Positions 27,848 to 36,940 of a DNA stretch of 64,000 nucleotides are shown here, piece after piece. Position numbers and translations under genes: made by a program. The stretch's first letter is position 1, and each line of letters begins with the position of its first letter. This DNA comes from Patescibacteria group bacterium. GTDB taxonomy: Bacteria; Patescibacteriota; Microgenomatia; UBA8517. The notes below the pieces were generated by a model. The model was not told where the DNA came from and searched no databases. It saw only the letters and a list, made by a program, of their open reading frames with translations. The stretch spans positions 1,085 through 65,084 of the forward strand of contig DATDRP010000002.1 in the NCBI GenBank assembly GCA_035291665.1, given 5' to 3'.

Positions 27848-28432
27848 TTGTATTTGAAAACTAGCCAATGTAAAATACGCATCATGTCAAAAGAAAATAT
27901 TGAAAATGCATTCGATCAGCTTTTTAATGCTGATCCTAAAATTGCATACAATTATTTGGACAGGATTAACTTGGCAATTTTAAAAACCAGACATGCCCTT
28001 GATAACGGCTATCCCGGATGTGTCACGAGTACTGTTGCGTTTACACATCTTGGTGTAGCGGACAATTTTAACTACAATTCCACATTCCGTATAATCGATA
28101 TTGTAAATATGTCATTGGAAGTGTCCAAACTTTCTAAAGAAAAATTAAACCAAACATCCTTCCACGTATATGATCCTATATCTTCCGAAAAAATAAAATC
28201 AGCTCTGGGTAAATTTCATTCTGCATGGATAACCAATTCAAAAATAAAATCATCCGATTGCGGACATATGATTGGCTTAATACCGGGAAGGTTTTCGGGT
28301 GAGTTAATTATCTGGGATACAATGATGAAGTTTCTTTGTAACCAAACATACAACTATGAATCATTAATACTTGGAATCGAATCCGTAATAGACGAAAAGG
28401 ATAACTTCGGAACAATATTAACTTTCAAGTAG
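27848..28432 (+). CDS. hypothetical protein with conserved Cys...His...Asp signature, paralog of 28662-29267
   Basis: Shared blocks C(V/T)S(S/T)(V/I)AFTH, SAW(I/L), GH(M/L)IGL, (I/V)WDT(M/T)M(K/N)F. No known family recognised. Confidence 0.5.
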   Translation: MYLKTSQCKIRIMSKENIENAFDQLFNADPKIAYNYLDRINLAILKTRHALDNGYPGCVTSTVAFTHLGVADNFNYNSTFRIIDIVNMSLEVSKLSKEKLNQTSFHVYDPISSEKIKSALGKFHSAWITNSKIKSSDCGHMIGLIPGRFSGELIIWDTMMKFLCNQTYNYESLILGIESVIDEKDNFGTILTFK

Positions 28433-28435
28433 AAC

Positions 28436-28476
28436 TCCACACCCTAAGGGTGAAATTGTACTCACACCCTTTACCC
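28436..28476 (+). repeat. REP-A variant
   Basis: tccacaccctaagggtgaaattgtactcacaccctttacccc. Confidence 0.65.
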
Positions 28477-28490
28477 CGATCGTTAACATT

Positions 28491-28547
28491 CACCCTACGG
28501 GAGAAATCCTGATTCTATATTTAAAGGTATTTCACCCCAAGGGTGGT
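28491..28547 (+). repeat. REP-B element
   Basis: caccctacgggagaaatcctgattctatatttaaaggtatttcaccccaagggtgg. Confidence 0.7.
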
Positions 28548-28661
28548 TGGGGTGGTGTAGTTAAAACCATTTGTAAAAATTACCCCGACCAGAAATTATT
28601 TTTGATCGTAAATATGTTATAGGGTATAATACGTTTATTATAATAAAATCCAAACCCCCGG

Positions 28662-29267
28662 GTGGATTATAGCTATCATGAGTGGTATGATATTGCCTTA
28701 ATTATTAATATGGGAAAAGAATATCCCAAAGGATTTGATGAATTGAGAAAAACGCAAAATTATATTCTCGCTTTATCATTCTGCGACAGGCAACGTCAGG
28801 GTATCAAAGCAGCTGAAAAGTGTATTGACAATGAATTGGGTTCCATATGTGTTAGTTCATCAATTGCTTTCACCCACCCGAGAGAAAAAATTAATCAGCT
28901 TGATTATGTAAAAGTTTTGTATGGGCAAATATCCAGTATCGCTGCCTCAGTAGCTCTTAATCATATCCAAACATCAACACAGGTTCCATTTGATTCAAAA
29001 AATCCGCTCAAAACAAAGGTTTTTACTACTGCGCTCGATGAAGCCGTATCTGCTTGGATTTTATGGCATGGTCCAGAAGTTAAAGGGCACCTGATAGGTT
29101 TGGTTAAAGCAAGGACATCAGATGAATATTTTGTCTGGGATACTACAATGAATTTTAAATTTGAAAACCTGTATTCAACTTCTGATGTACTCAAAATTTT
29201 AGATTCTCAGCTGAAACGGAAGCAATATGAAGGAAAAGTCATTTCATTCAGAAATTTACCTACCTGA
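28662..29267 (+). CDS. hypothetical protein with conserved Cys...His...Asp signature (paralog)
   Basis: See 27848-28432. Confidence 0.5.
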   Translation: MDYSYHEWYDIALIINMGKEYPKGFDELRKTQNYILALSFCDRQRQGIKAAEKCIDNELGSICVSSSIAFTHPREKINQLDYVKVLYGQISSIAASVALNHIQTSTQVPFDSKNPLKTKVFTTALDEAVSAWILWHGPEVKGHLIGLVKARTSDEYFVWDTTMNFKFENLYSTSDVLKILDSQLKRKQYEGKVISFRNLPT

Positions 29268-29275
29268 AAAGAACT

Positions 29276-29316
29276 ACACACCCTAAGGGTGAAATTGTAT
29301 TCACACCCTTTACCCC
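29276..29316 (+). repeat. REP-A variant
   Basis: tacacaccctaagggtgaaattgtattcacaccctttacccc. Confidence 0.65.
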
Positions 29317-29328
29317 GTTCTTAAACAT

Positions 29329-29385
29329 TCACCCTTCGGGAGAAATCCTTATTCTAAATTTCTTGGTATTTCACCCCAAGGGTGG
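29329..29385 (+). repeat. REP-B element
   Basis: tcacccttcgggagaaatccttattctaaatttcttggtatttcaccccaagggtgg. Confidence 0.7.
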
Positions 29386-29393
29386 TTGAGTAT

Positions 29394-29789
29394 TCACCAG
29401 TTTCGTCCAGTGGAATTATTAATAGTGGGGCGGTAACCTCTAATTGGGACTTCATTTACAAAAAAAGATTTATTACCTTTATTCATTTCAAAATGAAAAT
29501 GTGCTGTATGACCCGCTCTTGGTTCCGTAGTAATTTGCCAATCACCATTTGAGTTAAAAATAACATTGCGATAAGTAACTCTGGCATCCACAGAATAATG
29601 CTTTTTACCCTCGTCGACTTCAACTGAACCGATAGGTTTGTACGCCCTAAGAAGCCCAGACGAAGCTTTTTTTGGAAACGGACATGGACCACATTCAAGT
29701 CCACGCTGACAAATATCATTTAAAAAAGGACACCAGAATTCTTTCGCCATATTAATGCAAATTATAACAATGAAAACCGGATAAATCAA
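29394..29789 (-). CDS. small M23 (LytM-type) metallopeptidase domain protein with Cys-rich N-terminus
   Basis: HYSVD (HxxxD) followed by GHTAHFHFE (HxH). N-terminal CPFLNDICQRGLECGPCPF. Confidence 0.55.
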   Translation of the reverse strand: MIYPVFIVIICINMAKEFWCPFLNDICQRGLECGPCPFPKKASSGLLRAYKPIGSVEVDEGKKHYSVDARVTYRNVIFNSNGDWQITTEPRAGHTAHFHFEMNKGNKSFFVNEVPIRGYRPTINNSTGRNW

Positions 29790-29814
29790 TATTATAGGCT
29801 GTATTACAACATAA

Positions 29815-29872
29815 TCACCCTTCGGGAGAAATCCTTATTCTATTTTTCTTGGTATTTCACCCCAAGGGTGGT
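29815..29872 (+). repeat. REP-B element
   Basis: tcacccttcgggagaaatccttattctatttttcttggtatttcaccccaagggtggt. Confidence 0.7.
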
Positions 29873-29933
29873 CCTACAGGTAGACAGCGCAGCAAAAAGT
29901 TGACTTACCACAAGCTAGTCGTAAAATATCTTC

Positions 29934-30284
29934 ATGTCCCACGAAAGAAGACTTACATTAAACACATTTATTGAATCTTCAGAAATAAATATTGATGAAA
30001 TTTTTGCCGTTATTTGGCAAGTTAACGAACAGGGGAAAGTAACAAAATGTCTGGGTATGGGAGTTGGTGTAGGTAAAGAAGATGCATTAGGTGCTGCGTT
30101 TACTATGGGAATGAGGATAGAAAATATTCAGCCGGGAGATAGGCTCGAGGAAAAAGAAGCAATTACATTCAGAGAAATCAGCTATCCGCAATTGGTAGGT
30201 AACCTTCTCAAAATTGGCCGTATAAACAAAGACCAAGCTGTGGAACTAATGGCAGCACTAAAGGAAAAAACAGGCAGAGGTTAA
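29934..30284 (+). CDS. hypothetical protein (116 aa)
   Basis: ORF with reasonable composition in the cassette-like region. No family recognised. Confidence 0.4.
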   Translation: MSHERRLTLNTFIESSEINIDEIFAVIWQVNEQGKVTKCLGMGVGVGKEDALGAAFTMGMRIENIQPGDRLEEKEAITFREISYPQLVGNLLKIGRINKDQAVELMAALKEKTGRG

Positions 30285-30329
30285 CTCCATAAAAAGAAAA
30301 TGCAAACTAAACGCACACTACCTGTATAA

Positions 30330-30812
30330 TTGACACAAAATATGGTAAGAGAATTGAATTATGATGGACTGGTAACACCCCCTGAATTTGAAGACCGATG
30401 CAATATGTTTCTTGATGAAATTGAAAAAGTTATAACACCAAAATATCCGGATTTGGAAATATCTCAAAGGAATGAAACGACTGAAGGCTATGCAATTGAT
30501 GAAGAAGTTAAAAAAACAATGATACAACTAATCGGACCTGAGAAGTTCCGAAAATATTTTAACCGGAATACACTCCTACAAAGGCTGAATGACCAACTAT
30601 CGATAAGTGAAAATACCGCAGTTGTTGATATTTGTGGAAACAGTGAATTGTCTATTCCCCGGATTGTAACCTCTGCCCACGAGGTTATCGAGCTTGCGGA
30701 GAAATACCGGGGTATTTATCAGCCATATGGGGGTAACGAAGAATTAGTCAAAGTTTTAATGGAAATACCTGAAAGTCCATTTGCATATCTTCACTTTATT
30801 TTCAGGGATTAA
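30330..30812 (+). CDS. hypothetical protein (160 aa)
   Basis: ORF. No family recognised. Confidence 0.4.
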   Translation: MTQNMVRELNYDGLVTPPEFEDRCNMFLDEIEKVITPKYPDLEISQRNETTEGYAIDEEVKKTMIQLIGPEKFRKYFNRNTLLQRLNDQLSISENTAVVDICGNSELSIPRIVTSAHEVIELAEKYRGIYQPYGGNEELVKVLMEIPESPFAYLHFIFRD

Positions 30813-30821
30813 TTTGTATAG

Positions 30822-33140
30822 TTACTTTCCCGATACAGCCTTCAGAAGGAGAAGTTTTTTCTTTAAGATGAACGCTCCCGGGATCAAAGGAAGTCCCAAA
30901 AGGGCATATGCCAAATTAATTCTGACTTTATTTGCAGTTTGCGCTCCTTCAACAACTCCGCCTGTTGTTTCGTCAGACGCTGCATCTGCCAGAAGCGATC
31001 CTCCGCCAATTCCTGTTCCGAAAGCTTTTGGTTTGGTGAAGATTGCGCTTACCAAGGTTGTTGCAACACTTCCTCCGCTGGAACCCGATCCGCCTGAATT
31101 GTTTCCGCTACCTCCTCCTGATCCTCCGCCGCCATTGCCTACCGGATTTGTGACAGGATCAGTGGTCGGATCCAAAATTCCGGGATCTCCTCCTCCAATT
31201 GCCGGTTCCGGATCTGGTTCCTGTTCAAACCCGGGTGGAACAATATCACCCAACCAGCTACCGAATACATTTACAACCGTGACAAAGAGCTTGCCTGTAC
31301 CTATAATATTATTGTTCACAAAGTTGACTATGTTGGCAACTATCTTCGCATCTCCCGTTACTATTGATGAACCACCCATATTCTTCTCAGCTGAGTTGTC
31401 GCCTGTATTTGCGGTGAGAACTACGTTATTAACAACATTGGCGTTGTTGACTTGCGTGAATGTATCGTTATCGTTAACCGTCACATTAGTCGTGTTTACC
31501 GAATCGGTTCCATTGCCATCATTGACTGCCAAAATATCACCCGCATCGTTGACGATAAATTCAAATCCTTCAGAACCCGCCAGGTTGGAACCGTCGCCGC
31601 CGATAATTTTACCTATCCATTTCCCTGCTTCATTAACGATCACCAACCATGCATTTCCACCAATAATATTGGTGTTGGCAACATTCAGAACCTGCGCCAC
31701 AATCCCGGCATCTCCGCTTGTGATGGACGTGTCTCCACCCATGACTTTCGAAAGTCCGTTGTCGCCGGTTGAGGCATCGTAATAAAGATTGTTGTCGATG
31801 TTTGCATTGTTCAGTTGGTTAATAAGATCACTCTGGTTGATATCAACATTTGCAGTATTTGTGGAACCTGAATTATTATTTGTATTTGCTACGGTTACAT
31901 CGGATCCTGTGCAGCAGGCTTCAAGCATCCCGACCGGGATAATAATATCTCCGACCAAGTTTCCGAAAATATTGACAACCGCATAGACAACATCTCCGGC
32001 AATGTTGTTGTTTACCATGTTTACAATATTCGCCTCAATATTGGCATCTCCGGTTGTTATCGAAGCTTCACCCATATTTTTGTCAGCCTCGTTTTTGCCG
32101 GTAATGGCGGTCAATACCATATTGTTTTCCACATTGGCGTCATTCTGCTGGAACGTTGTATCGTTGTTGTTGACTTCCAAATTTCCGGTATTGGTTGAGT
32201 CGGAACCATTTCCGGTATTCAAAACAGCTATCTCTCCCGTACCGCAATTAGAAATGCAGCTATCGGCAAAATTAAGAATAATATCTCCAACCTGATCATC
32301 GACAACGTTAAACTCGGAAACCATAATCCCATCGATATTGGTGTTAACAGCATTAATAATCGTTCCTGTAACATTGGCATCTCCTGTTGTGATTTGTGCA
32401 TCTCCCATATTTTTTTCTACCAGGTTGTTTCCGGAATCCGAAACGTTGTCCATATTGTTTACAACGGTAGTCGTATTTGTCTGAGAATGATTGGAGTCGT
32501 TGTTGATTGTGGCTGAACCGGTATTCGTACTGCCTGTGCCGTTCCCTGAGGATTTGACAACAATTCCGCCGTCAACTCCTGTGTCTGAAGATGTCAAAAC
32601 ATTTTCAATTCCCGTATTTATTATCGCTCCGGTATTATCCGCATTGCCGGTTACAATTGAGGCGTTACCCATTAAGTCGCTTTGAACTTCATCGCCAGTC
32701 GACTGAACAACGGGGGCTACAAGCCCGGAGGAAGTAAGCGGTCCTGGGATTTCCGCTGTCGAAGTCTGAACCGGCTCTTCAGAAGTCGCCGGTGAAGTTG
32801 GTTCTTCCGTAGTTGTTTCTTGGTTTGGTCCTTCCTGAGTTTGTGGAATTTCCCCGGAGGATGTTCCTTCTCCGCTAACAGCTGGCTCTGTTGTCTGATC
32901 CGTACCGTAAACCGGCGCATCGGGTGCAATCGGCGCATTGCTCTCATAAGTTGGTGCATCGGGGGCTGTTGGCACTGATGGGGTATCGCCTTCATACGTT
33001 GGTGCCGTTGGCGCTTCAGGCGCACCCGGGGGAGTTGGAACTGCATAGGTATATCTGGCTCCATTTAAGATTACCATCATAGCAACCAAATAGATTGCAA
33101 CTACCCTTTTGACTATTTTCTTATTAAAAAACTTCCTCAT
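30822..33140 (-). CDS. large secreted N/T/G/S-rich repeat protein (4 x about 110-aa repeats, PT-rich N-terminal linker, Gly-rich C-terminal stalk, hydrophobic tail)
   Basis: Signal peptide MRKFFNKKIVKRVVAIYLVAMMVILNGARYTYA, APxAPTYE repeats, then four repeats sharing NTGNGSDSTNTGN...ANV.NN..L.A.TG.N.A.KNMG.A.ITTGDA.I.ANIVN.VN.NI.G. C-terminus GGGGSGGGSGNNSGGSGSSGG, hydrophobic stretch, KKK. Confidence 0.65.
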   Translation of the reverse strand: MRKFFNKKIVKRVVAIYLVAMMVILNGARYTYAVPTPPGAPEAPTAPTYEGDTPSVPTAPDAPTYESNAPIAPDAPVYGTDQTTEPAVSGEGTSSGEIPQTQEGPNQETTTEEPTSPATSEEPVQTSTAEIPGPLTSSGLVAPVVQSTGDEVQSDLMGNASIVTGNADNTGAIINTGIENVLTSSDTGVDGGIVVKSSGNGTGSTNTGSATINNDSNHSQTNTTTVVNNMDNVSDSGNNLVEKNMGDAQITTGDANVTGTIINAVNTNIDGIMVSEFNVVDDQVGDIILNFADSCISNCGTGEIAVLNTGNGSDSTNTGNLEVNNNDTTFQQNDANVENNMVLTAITGKNEADKNMGEASITTGDANIEANIVNMVNNNIAGDVVYAVVNIFGNLVGDIIIPVGMLEACCTGSDVTVANTNNNSGSTNTANVDINQSDLINQLNNANIDNNLYYDASTGDNGLSKVMGGDTSITSGDAGIVAQVLNVANTNIIGGNAWLVIVNEAGKWIGKIIGGDGSNLAGSEGFEFIVNDAGDILAVNDGNGTDSVNTTNVTVNDNDTFTQVNNANVVNNVVLTANTGDNSAEKNMGGSSIVTGDAKIVANIVNFVNNNIIGTGKLFVTVVNVFGSWLGDIVPPGFEQEPDPEPAIGGGDPGILDPTTDPVTNPVGNGGGGSGGGSGNNSGGSGSSGGSVATTLVSAIFTKPKAFGTGIGGGSLLADAASDETTGGVVEGAQTANKVRINLAYALLGLPLIPGAFILKKKLLLLKAVSGK

Positions 33141-33353
33141 AACTGTGATTTATTACTTATTATAAAATTCCAATTCTTAAATTCTAAATTCCTCATTTCC
33201 TGTCTCTTCCTACCTCCTATTTCCTACCTCTTACCGCATTCTCTTTTCTTTTCTCTATATACTTTTCGCTTTTCCCTAAAGTATCGTCTTTTGGTAGCGG
33301 AGGAATTTACTGAAGTGCTAGTAATTCCCCCCGCTAACCAAATGAAACACCTT

Positions 33354-34667
33354 TTATGCTAGATGTAAAAAAGCCAAGAGTTCACTTAAATCTAAAGTTA
33401 AATTTAGATTAAATCCCTCCAAAGGCAATTCCCAATCCCAATCAGGTGCTTCGCCGTAGACGTTAACGTTTCCGCTATTGCCTACTTCGACTGTTGTTGC
33501 TGCATCACCGGTATCCACTGAAGGATCTCCGTCGTGTGAGCCTACAACTTCTTCTGCTTCGTTGTAACCTGTTTTTGCGTATGCATCAACATCGTTATCA
33601 ACTCCGCATTTGTGATGTCCACCGTTAAATCCACCGAACCATAAAGAGAATGGATACTCATATTGAGGTAGTCCACAATTATCTTGAAAGACTGCCACCT
33701 CGTCCTCCAAATCGGCTTTGATCTTGTTCTCCGAGTCTGAGTTGTTTCCGGCGATTTTTGCGGTCAAATCCCACAAACATCCGTCACAATCAACGTTTGC
33801 CCAGTTAAAGTTGACCATATTGTCAACGGTAACTGTTGTGTCTGCATTACCAGTATCGATTGAAACCTCCCCACCGGCGGCCTCTTCAATCTCGTTTTTA
33901 CCAGTTGATGAAGACGCGTCGACATCGTTATCGATGTGACCATTGTTATCTTGAGACAGATAGACTGATCTATCTAAATCGAGATAAATTTTGTTTGTTG
34001 TGTCTGTACCGTTACCAAGTATCTTCAATGAAACCAAACCACTTCCTCCTTGACCGCCGCTCAAAACTGCAGAATTTGCATTCGCAAAAGTTGAGACAGT
34101 CACGGTTGTGGTTGCGTCGCCGGTATCAATAGATGAATCTCCACCGGTAACTTCTTCGATCTCATTTTTTCCTGTTGATGAACTTGCATCGACATCGTTG
34201 TCAACGTCGGCGTGGTTATCCTGGAAAATAGCAACTCCTGATCCTTCTTCATTGTTAACATCAAGGTCAACTTTGTTGTAGGAATCAGAACTGTTACCGC
34301 TAATTAAAACATCAACATCAGATGCACATGATCCGCAACCTTCCACCGATGCGGCGTTTGAGTTTACGGAATTGACTACTGTGACATCAGTTGTTGCTTC
34401 ACCGGTTTCAATAGATGCTTCTCCACCGGCAGATTCTTTGATCTCGTTGCCTCCGGTACTAGCGGATGCATCGACATCATTGTCGATATTAGCGTTGTTG
34501 CTTTGTGAAACATAAGTAGAATTATTCAAGTCTACATTAGCTTGATTTGTCGTATCTGTATTATTACCAGAAATTTCAATAGTTACAGCAAGTGCCGGGG
34601 CCGCGGTATATACCAAGGTCGCAGCAGTTGCGATTATCGAAATTGCTTTCTTTTGTAGTTTATTCAT
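33354..34667 (-). CDS. secreted N/D/T-rich repeat protein (paralogous repeat architecture to 30822-33140)
   Basis: Start taken at ATG 34665-34667 (MNKLQKKAISIIATAATLVYTAAPALA signal peptide) with SD AAGGGGGGTGA. About 4 repeats of GN..D..N...LD......Q.N.A..DNDVDA...TG.NEI.E..GG..SI.TG.A.T.VTV.N. Confidence 0.6.
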   Translation of the reverse strand: MNKLQKKAISIIATAATLVYTAAPALAVTIEISGNNTDTTNQANVDLNNSTYVSQSNNANIDNDVDASASTGGNEIKESAGGEASIETGEATTDVTVVNSVNSNAASVEGCGSCASDVDVLISGNSSDSYNKVDLDVNNEEGSGVAIFQDNHADVDNDVDASSSTGKNEIEEVTGGDSSIDTGDATTTVTVSTFANANSAVLSGGQGGSGLVSLKILGNGTDTTNKIYLDLDRSVYLSQDNNGHIDNDVDASSSTGKNEIEEAAGGEVSIDTGNADTTVTVDNMVNFNWANVDCDGCLWDLTAKIAGNNSDSENKIKADLEDEVAVFQDNCGLPQYEYPFSLWFGGFNGGHHKCGVDNDVDAYAKTGYNEAEEVVGSHDGDPSVDTGDAATTVEVGNSGNVNVYGEAPDWDWELPLEGFNLNLTLDLSELLAFLHLA

Positions 34668-34774
34668 TAAGTATATTTTCACCCCCCTTCTATCTTGACT
34701 ATTTCCCCCTTCGATGAACTCAGGGAGGCACTTCGTCAAGATTAATGTTCAAATTAAATTAAGTACCCCGTTTT

Positions 34775-34848
34775 ACAAAAAAACGGAGGCGCCCCGATTC
34801 GAAATCTTCTATCCAAATTCAAATCGGCGAGCCTCCGTTTGCGGTCGG
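34775..34848 (-). terminator. long composite hairpin followed by a T-run on the minus strand (terminator or leader structure)
   Basis: aaacggaggcgccccgatt...aaatcggcgagcctccgttt: 10-bp outer and 7-bp inner stems. The minus-strand reading is followed by TTTTTTTG. Confidence 0.45.
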
Positions 34849-35116
34849 CAACGTCCTACAAATATCTAAAACCAAGATTCTTATTTGGGGCAGAAAATTT
34901 TCAAATAACAATTTATATTGATATAGGACTTATTACAAATAATTTGTAATATATTATATAGTCGAAAAAAAAATGTTTGTCAATAACCTAAAAGACTAAT
35001 TTTTCAGCCATTTTTAAGCCCGTTTTATAATTGTTTTGTAATTTAAATTACTATAGTGTAGCTAAAATATATTATCCTAATAAGTAATAAAATAACATTA
35101 CTTTATAATTATGAAG

Positions 35117-35284
35117 TTATCCTTTTTTTCTTGTTGTTTTTATTATTTTCCTGAAGGTTATCTGACTGACCGATCCTTTCTGGATATAGATCTCTACACT
35201 ACCAAAATTTCCCACGCTCTGAAGTGCATTTGAAATATCTTCAATCAAACGAGGTGACATCTTCCTTGTAGAGTACTGATCCAT
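35117..35284 (-). CDS. unannotated small ORF, YezD/DUF2292-like (55 aa)
   Basis: Minus-strand translation MDQYSTRKMSPRLIEDISNALQSVGNFGSVEIYIQKGSVSQITFRKIIKTTRKKG. The GSVEIYIQKG.V.QI pattern resembles the DUF2292 small-protein family. Below the ORF-track size cutoff. Confidence 0.45.
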   Translation of the reverse strand: MDQYSTRKMSPRLIEDISNALQSVGNFGSVEIYIQKGSVSQITFRKIIKTTRKKG

Positions 35285-35310
35285 TTTTTATATATGGCCG
35301 GAGGCAGGTA

Positions 35311-36153
35311 TTAAAAATTAAGCTCGACTTTTTCCTTATCGCCATTAATTTCTCCAACCCGAAGGAAAAGTTGTTTATCGCTCTCATTCAAGGGGAAACC
35401 AATCCGGGTTGTTTTTGTTGACTGTGCCTGCACTTCAACCGGATCGTTATGAATGTCCGGTGCCAGCCATTCTGTCTCGTTTCCGTTGATTGAAAGACGG
35501 ACATAATCACGCGTATTAATATCCACATTCGAGGAATATTCATTTGTTACCTTGAGATAGACTATCAGGAAGGTTCGCCCTTTGACTGCAGTTGCCTTTT
35601 GACCTTTGACAATTATTTCATCCCGAAGTTCTGCTTTTTCAATTGTATATTTGATTTTACTCAGTTCCTCTCCTTTTGCATCCTTCAAAGGGAAATAAAA
35701 ATCCCTGTTTATAGAAATCGATTTTTGCGGACCACCGACCTCAATTTTGTCGCCGGCTACGGATCCGCCTCCACCAAATTTAATTTTATTTCTAATGAAT
35801 AAAAATGCCGAAACCAAAACCAATAAAGTTATCAACAATAGTATAGTTTTTTTAAATTTTTTTGAATCACCTGAGAATGGATTTTGGATCCTTCTTGGAC
35901 TCCCTGCATCTGAGAAATCAGATGACCTGTGTTTGGCAAATGACATCATATTCCGAAGTCCCAGCGAAAATTTCAAAATAAGTGACTTGAAAGCACCGGG
36001 AACTGTTTTTAATTTTAGCACTAACACTTTTATTTTTGTCGAAAATTCCGGGAAGTGAAAGGTTCGCCTGGCTGTCGGCGCGTCAATTACACCTGCCGAT
36101 TCAGTTACCTGGTCATGGATGTGTGCTGAAAACGCCAATTTCTTAAATATCAT
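35311..36153 (-). CDS. membrane-anchored DUF4352-like extracellular protein
   Basis: TM anchor KTILLLITLLVLVSAFLFI, then a beta-rich domain (TFLIVYLKVTNEYSSNVDINTRDYVRLSINGNE). An internal start at 35949 (MMSFAKH) may be the true start, since the track start abuts a terminator. Confidence 0.5.
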   Translation of the reverse strand: MIFKKLAFSAHIHDQVTESAGVIDAPTARRTFHFPEFSTKIKVLVLKLKTVPGAFKSLILKFSLGLRNMMSFAKHRSSDFSDAGSPRRIQNPFSGDSKKFKKTILLLITLLVLVSAFLFIRNKIKFGGGGSVAGDKIEVGGPQKSISINRDFYFPLKDAKGEELSKIKYTIEKAELRDEIIVKGQKATAVKGRTFLIVYLKVTNEYSSNVDINTRDYVRLSINGNETEWLAPDIHNDPVEVQAQSTKTTRIGFPLNESDKQLFLRVGEINGDKEKVELNF

Positions 36154-36159
36154 TTTTTA

Positions 36160-36186
36160 AATTAAAAAACCCCTTTTTCAGGGGCA
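36160..36186 (-). terminator. rho-independent terminator of the 36246-36839 gene
   Basis: Minus strand reads GCTGCCCCTGAAAAAGGGGTTTTTTAATTT: CCCCT/AGGGG stem followed by a T-run. Confidence 0.55.
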
Positions 36187-36245
36187 GCTAAAGTGGTAGT
36201 TATGTTATCGTTAAAGTCTTTGATTTGTCAAGGGCAATTCCAAAG

Positions 36246-36839
36246 CTAATTACCAATCTCCACTTTGATGTGGGTTATTGATTCACCGGGATTTCTGGAA
36301 ATTTCAACATTTACCTCAAACGATCCCGATGCGGCCGATAGCTTATTAAGGATCTTGTCATCAGCGCTGGATTTAACGAAAGAGTTGACGTTCAGATCAA
36401 ATGATTGAATTTTATTTTTATACCAATCTGTAACCTTGTTCGGATGATCCGGACTTTCCAAATTAAGAGTTTTAGTACTGCTCCCAATATTACCAGCTCC
36501 GGGATAATAAAAATCATTTATTGGCGGGTTTGAGGCTGAATTATTATTGCTATCCGATTCCACATCGTTTTTGATTTCTATTTTTTGCTGAACCGGTTGG
36601 GGAGTTTGCGTTGTAGATGGGAGTGAAACTTCTTCCGATATTATACGTGGAGTATCTGTCGGGGAAATCTCATCAGTAGACTTTGCATCGTTTGACTCCG
36701 ACAGGACTTTTTTTTCTAAATTCAGACTATAACTTTCAGGAGATGGGTTATTCTTGATTTCTTTGTACCGAAGATATGAAAATCCCAAAAATAATATTAA
36801 TGTAGCTGAAAAAACTAGGGCATGTTTTTTTAGAGTCAT
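36246..36839 (-). CDS. secreted/anchored hypothetical protein, S/N/P-rich
   Basis: N-terminal signal/anchor MTLKKHALVFSATLILFLGFSYL, low-complexity middle, structured C-terminus. Confidence 0.5.
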   Translation of the reverse strand: MTLKKHALVFSATLILFLGFSYLRYKEIKNNPSPESYSLNLEKKVLSESNDAKSTDEISPTDTPRIISEEVSLPSTTQTPQPVQQKIEIKNDVESDSNNNSASNPPINDFYYPGAGNIGSSTKTLNLESPDHPNKVTDWYKNKIQSFDLNVNSFVKSSADDKILNKLSAASGSFEVNVEISRNPGESITHIKVEIGN

Positions 36840-36940
36840 GATCTTTTCTTTGTAAAAATCATTATACCTTGTTTGGCAAGAGTGAATTATTTATATAATA
36901 TCACTTACTTCAAGAGCATCTTTCACATCCTTACTGTCAC

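Noticed and set aside
24857-29872. Possible CRISPR array or integron attC cassette array suggested by regularly alternating repeats and small ORFs
   Set aside because: Repeat spacing is irregular (0.4-0.6 kb with full genes between). Repeats match the RAYT-linked REP families rather than CRISPR repeats. No cas genes, integrase or GTTRRRY cores were seen.
30781-31782. 333-aa plus-strand ORF (P/S/T-rich) and other + ORFs at 31452-32685
   Set aside because: Antisense shadow ORFs of the large repeat protein gene. The composition is driven by the opposite-strand N/T/G codons.
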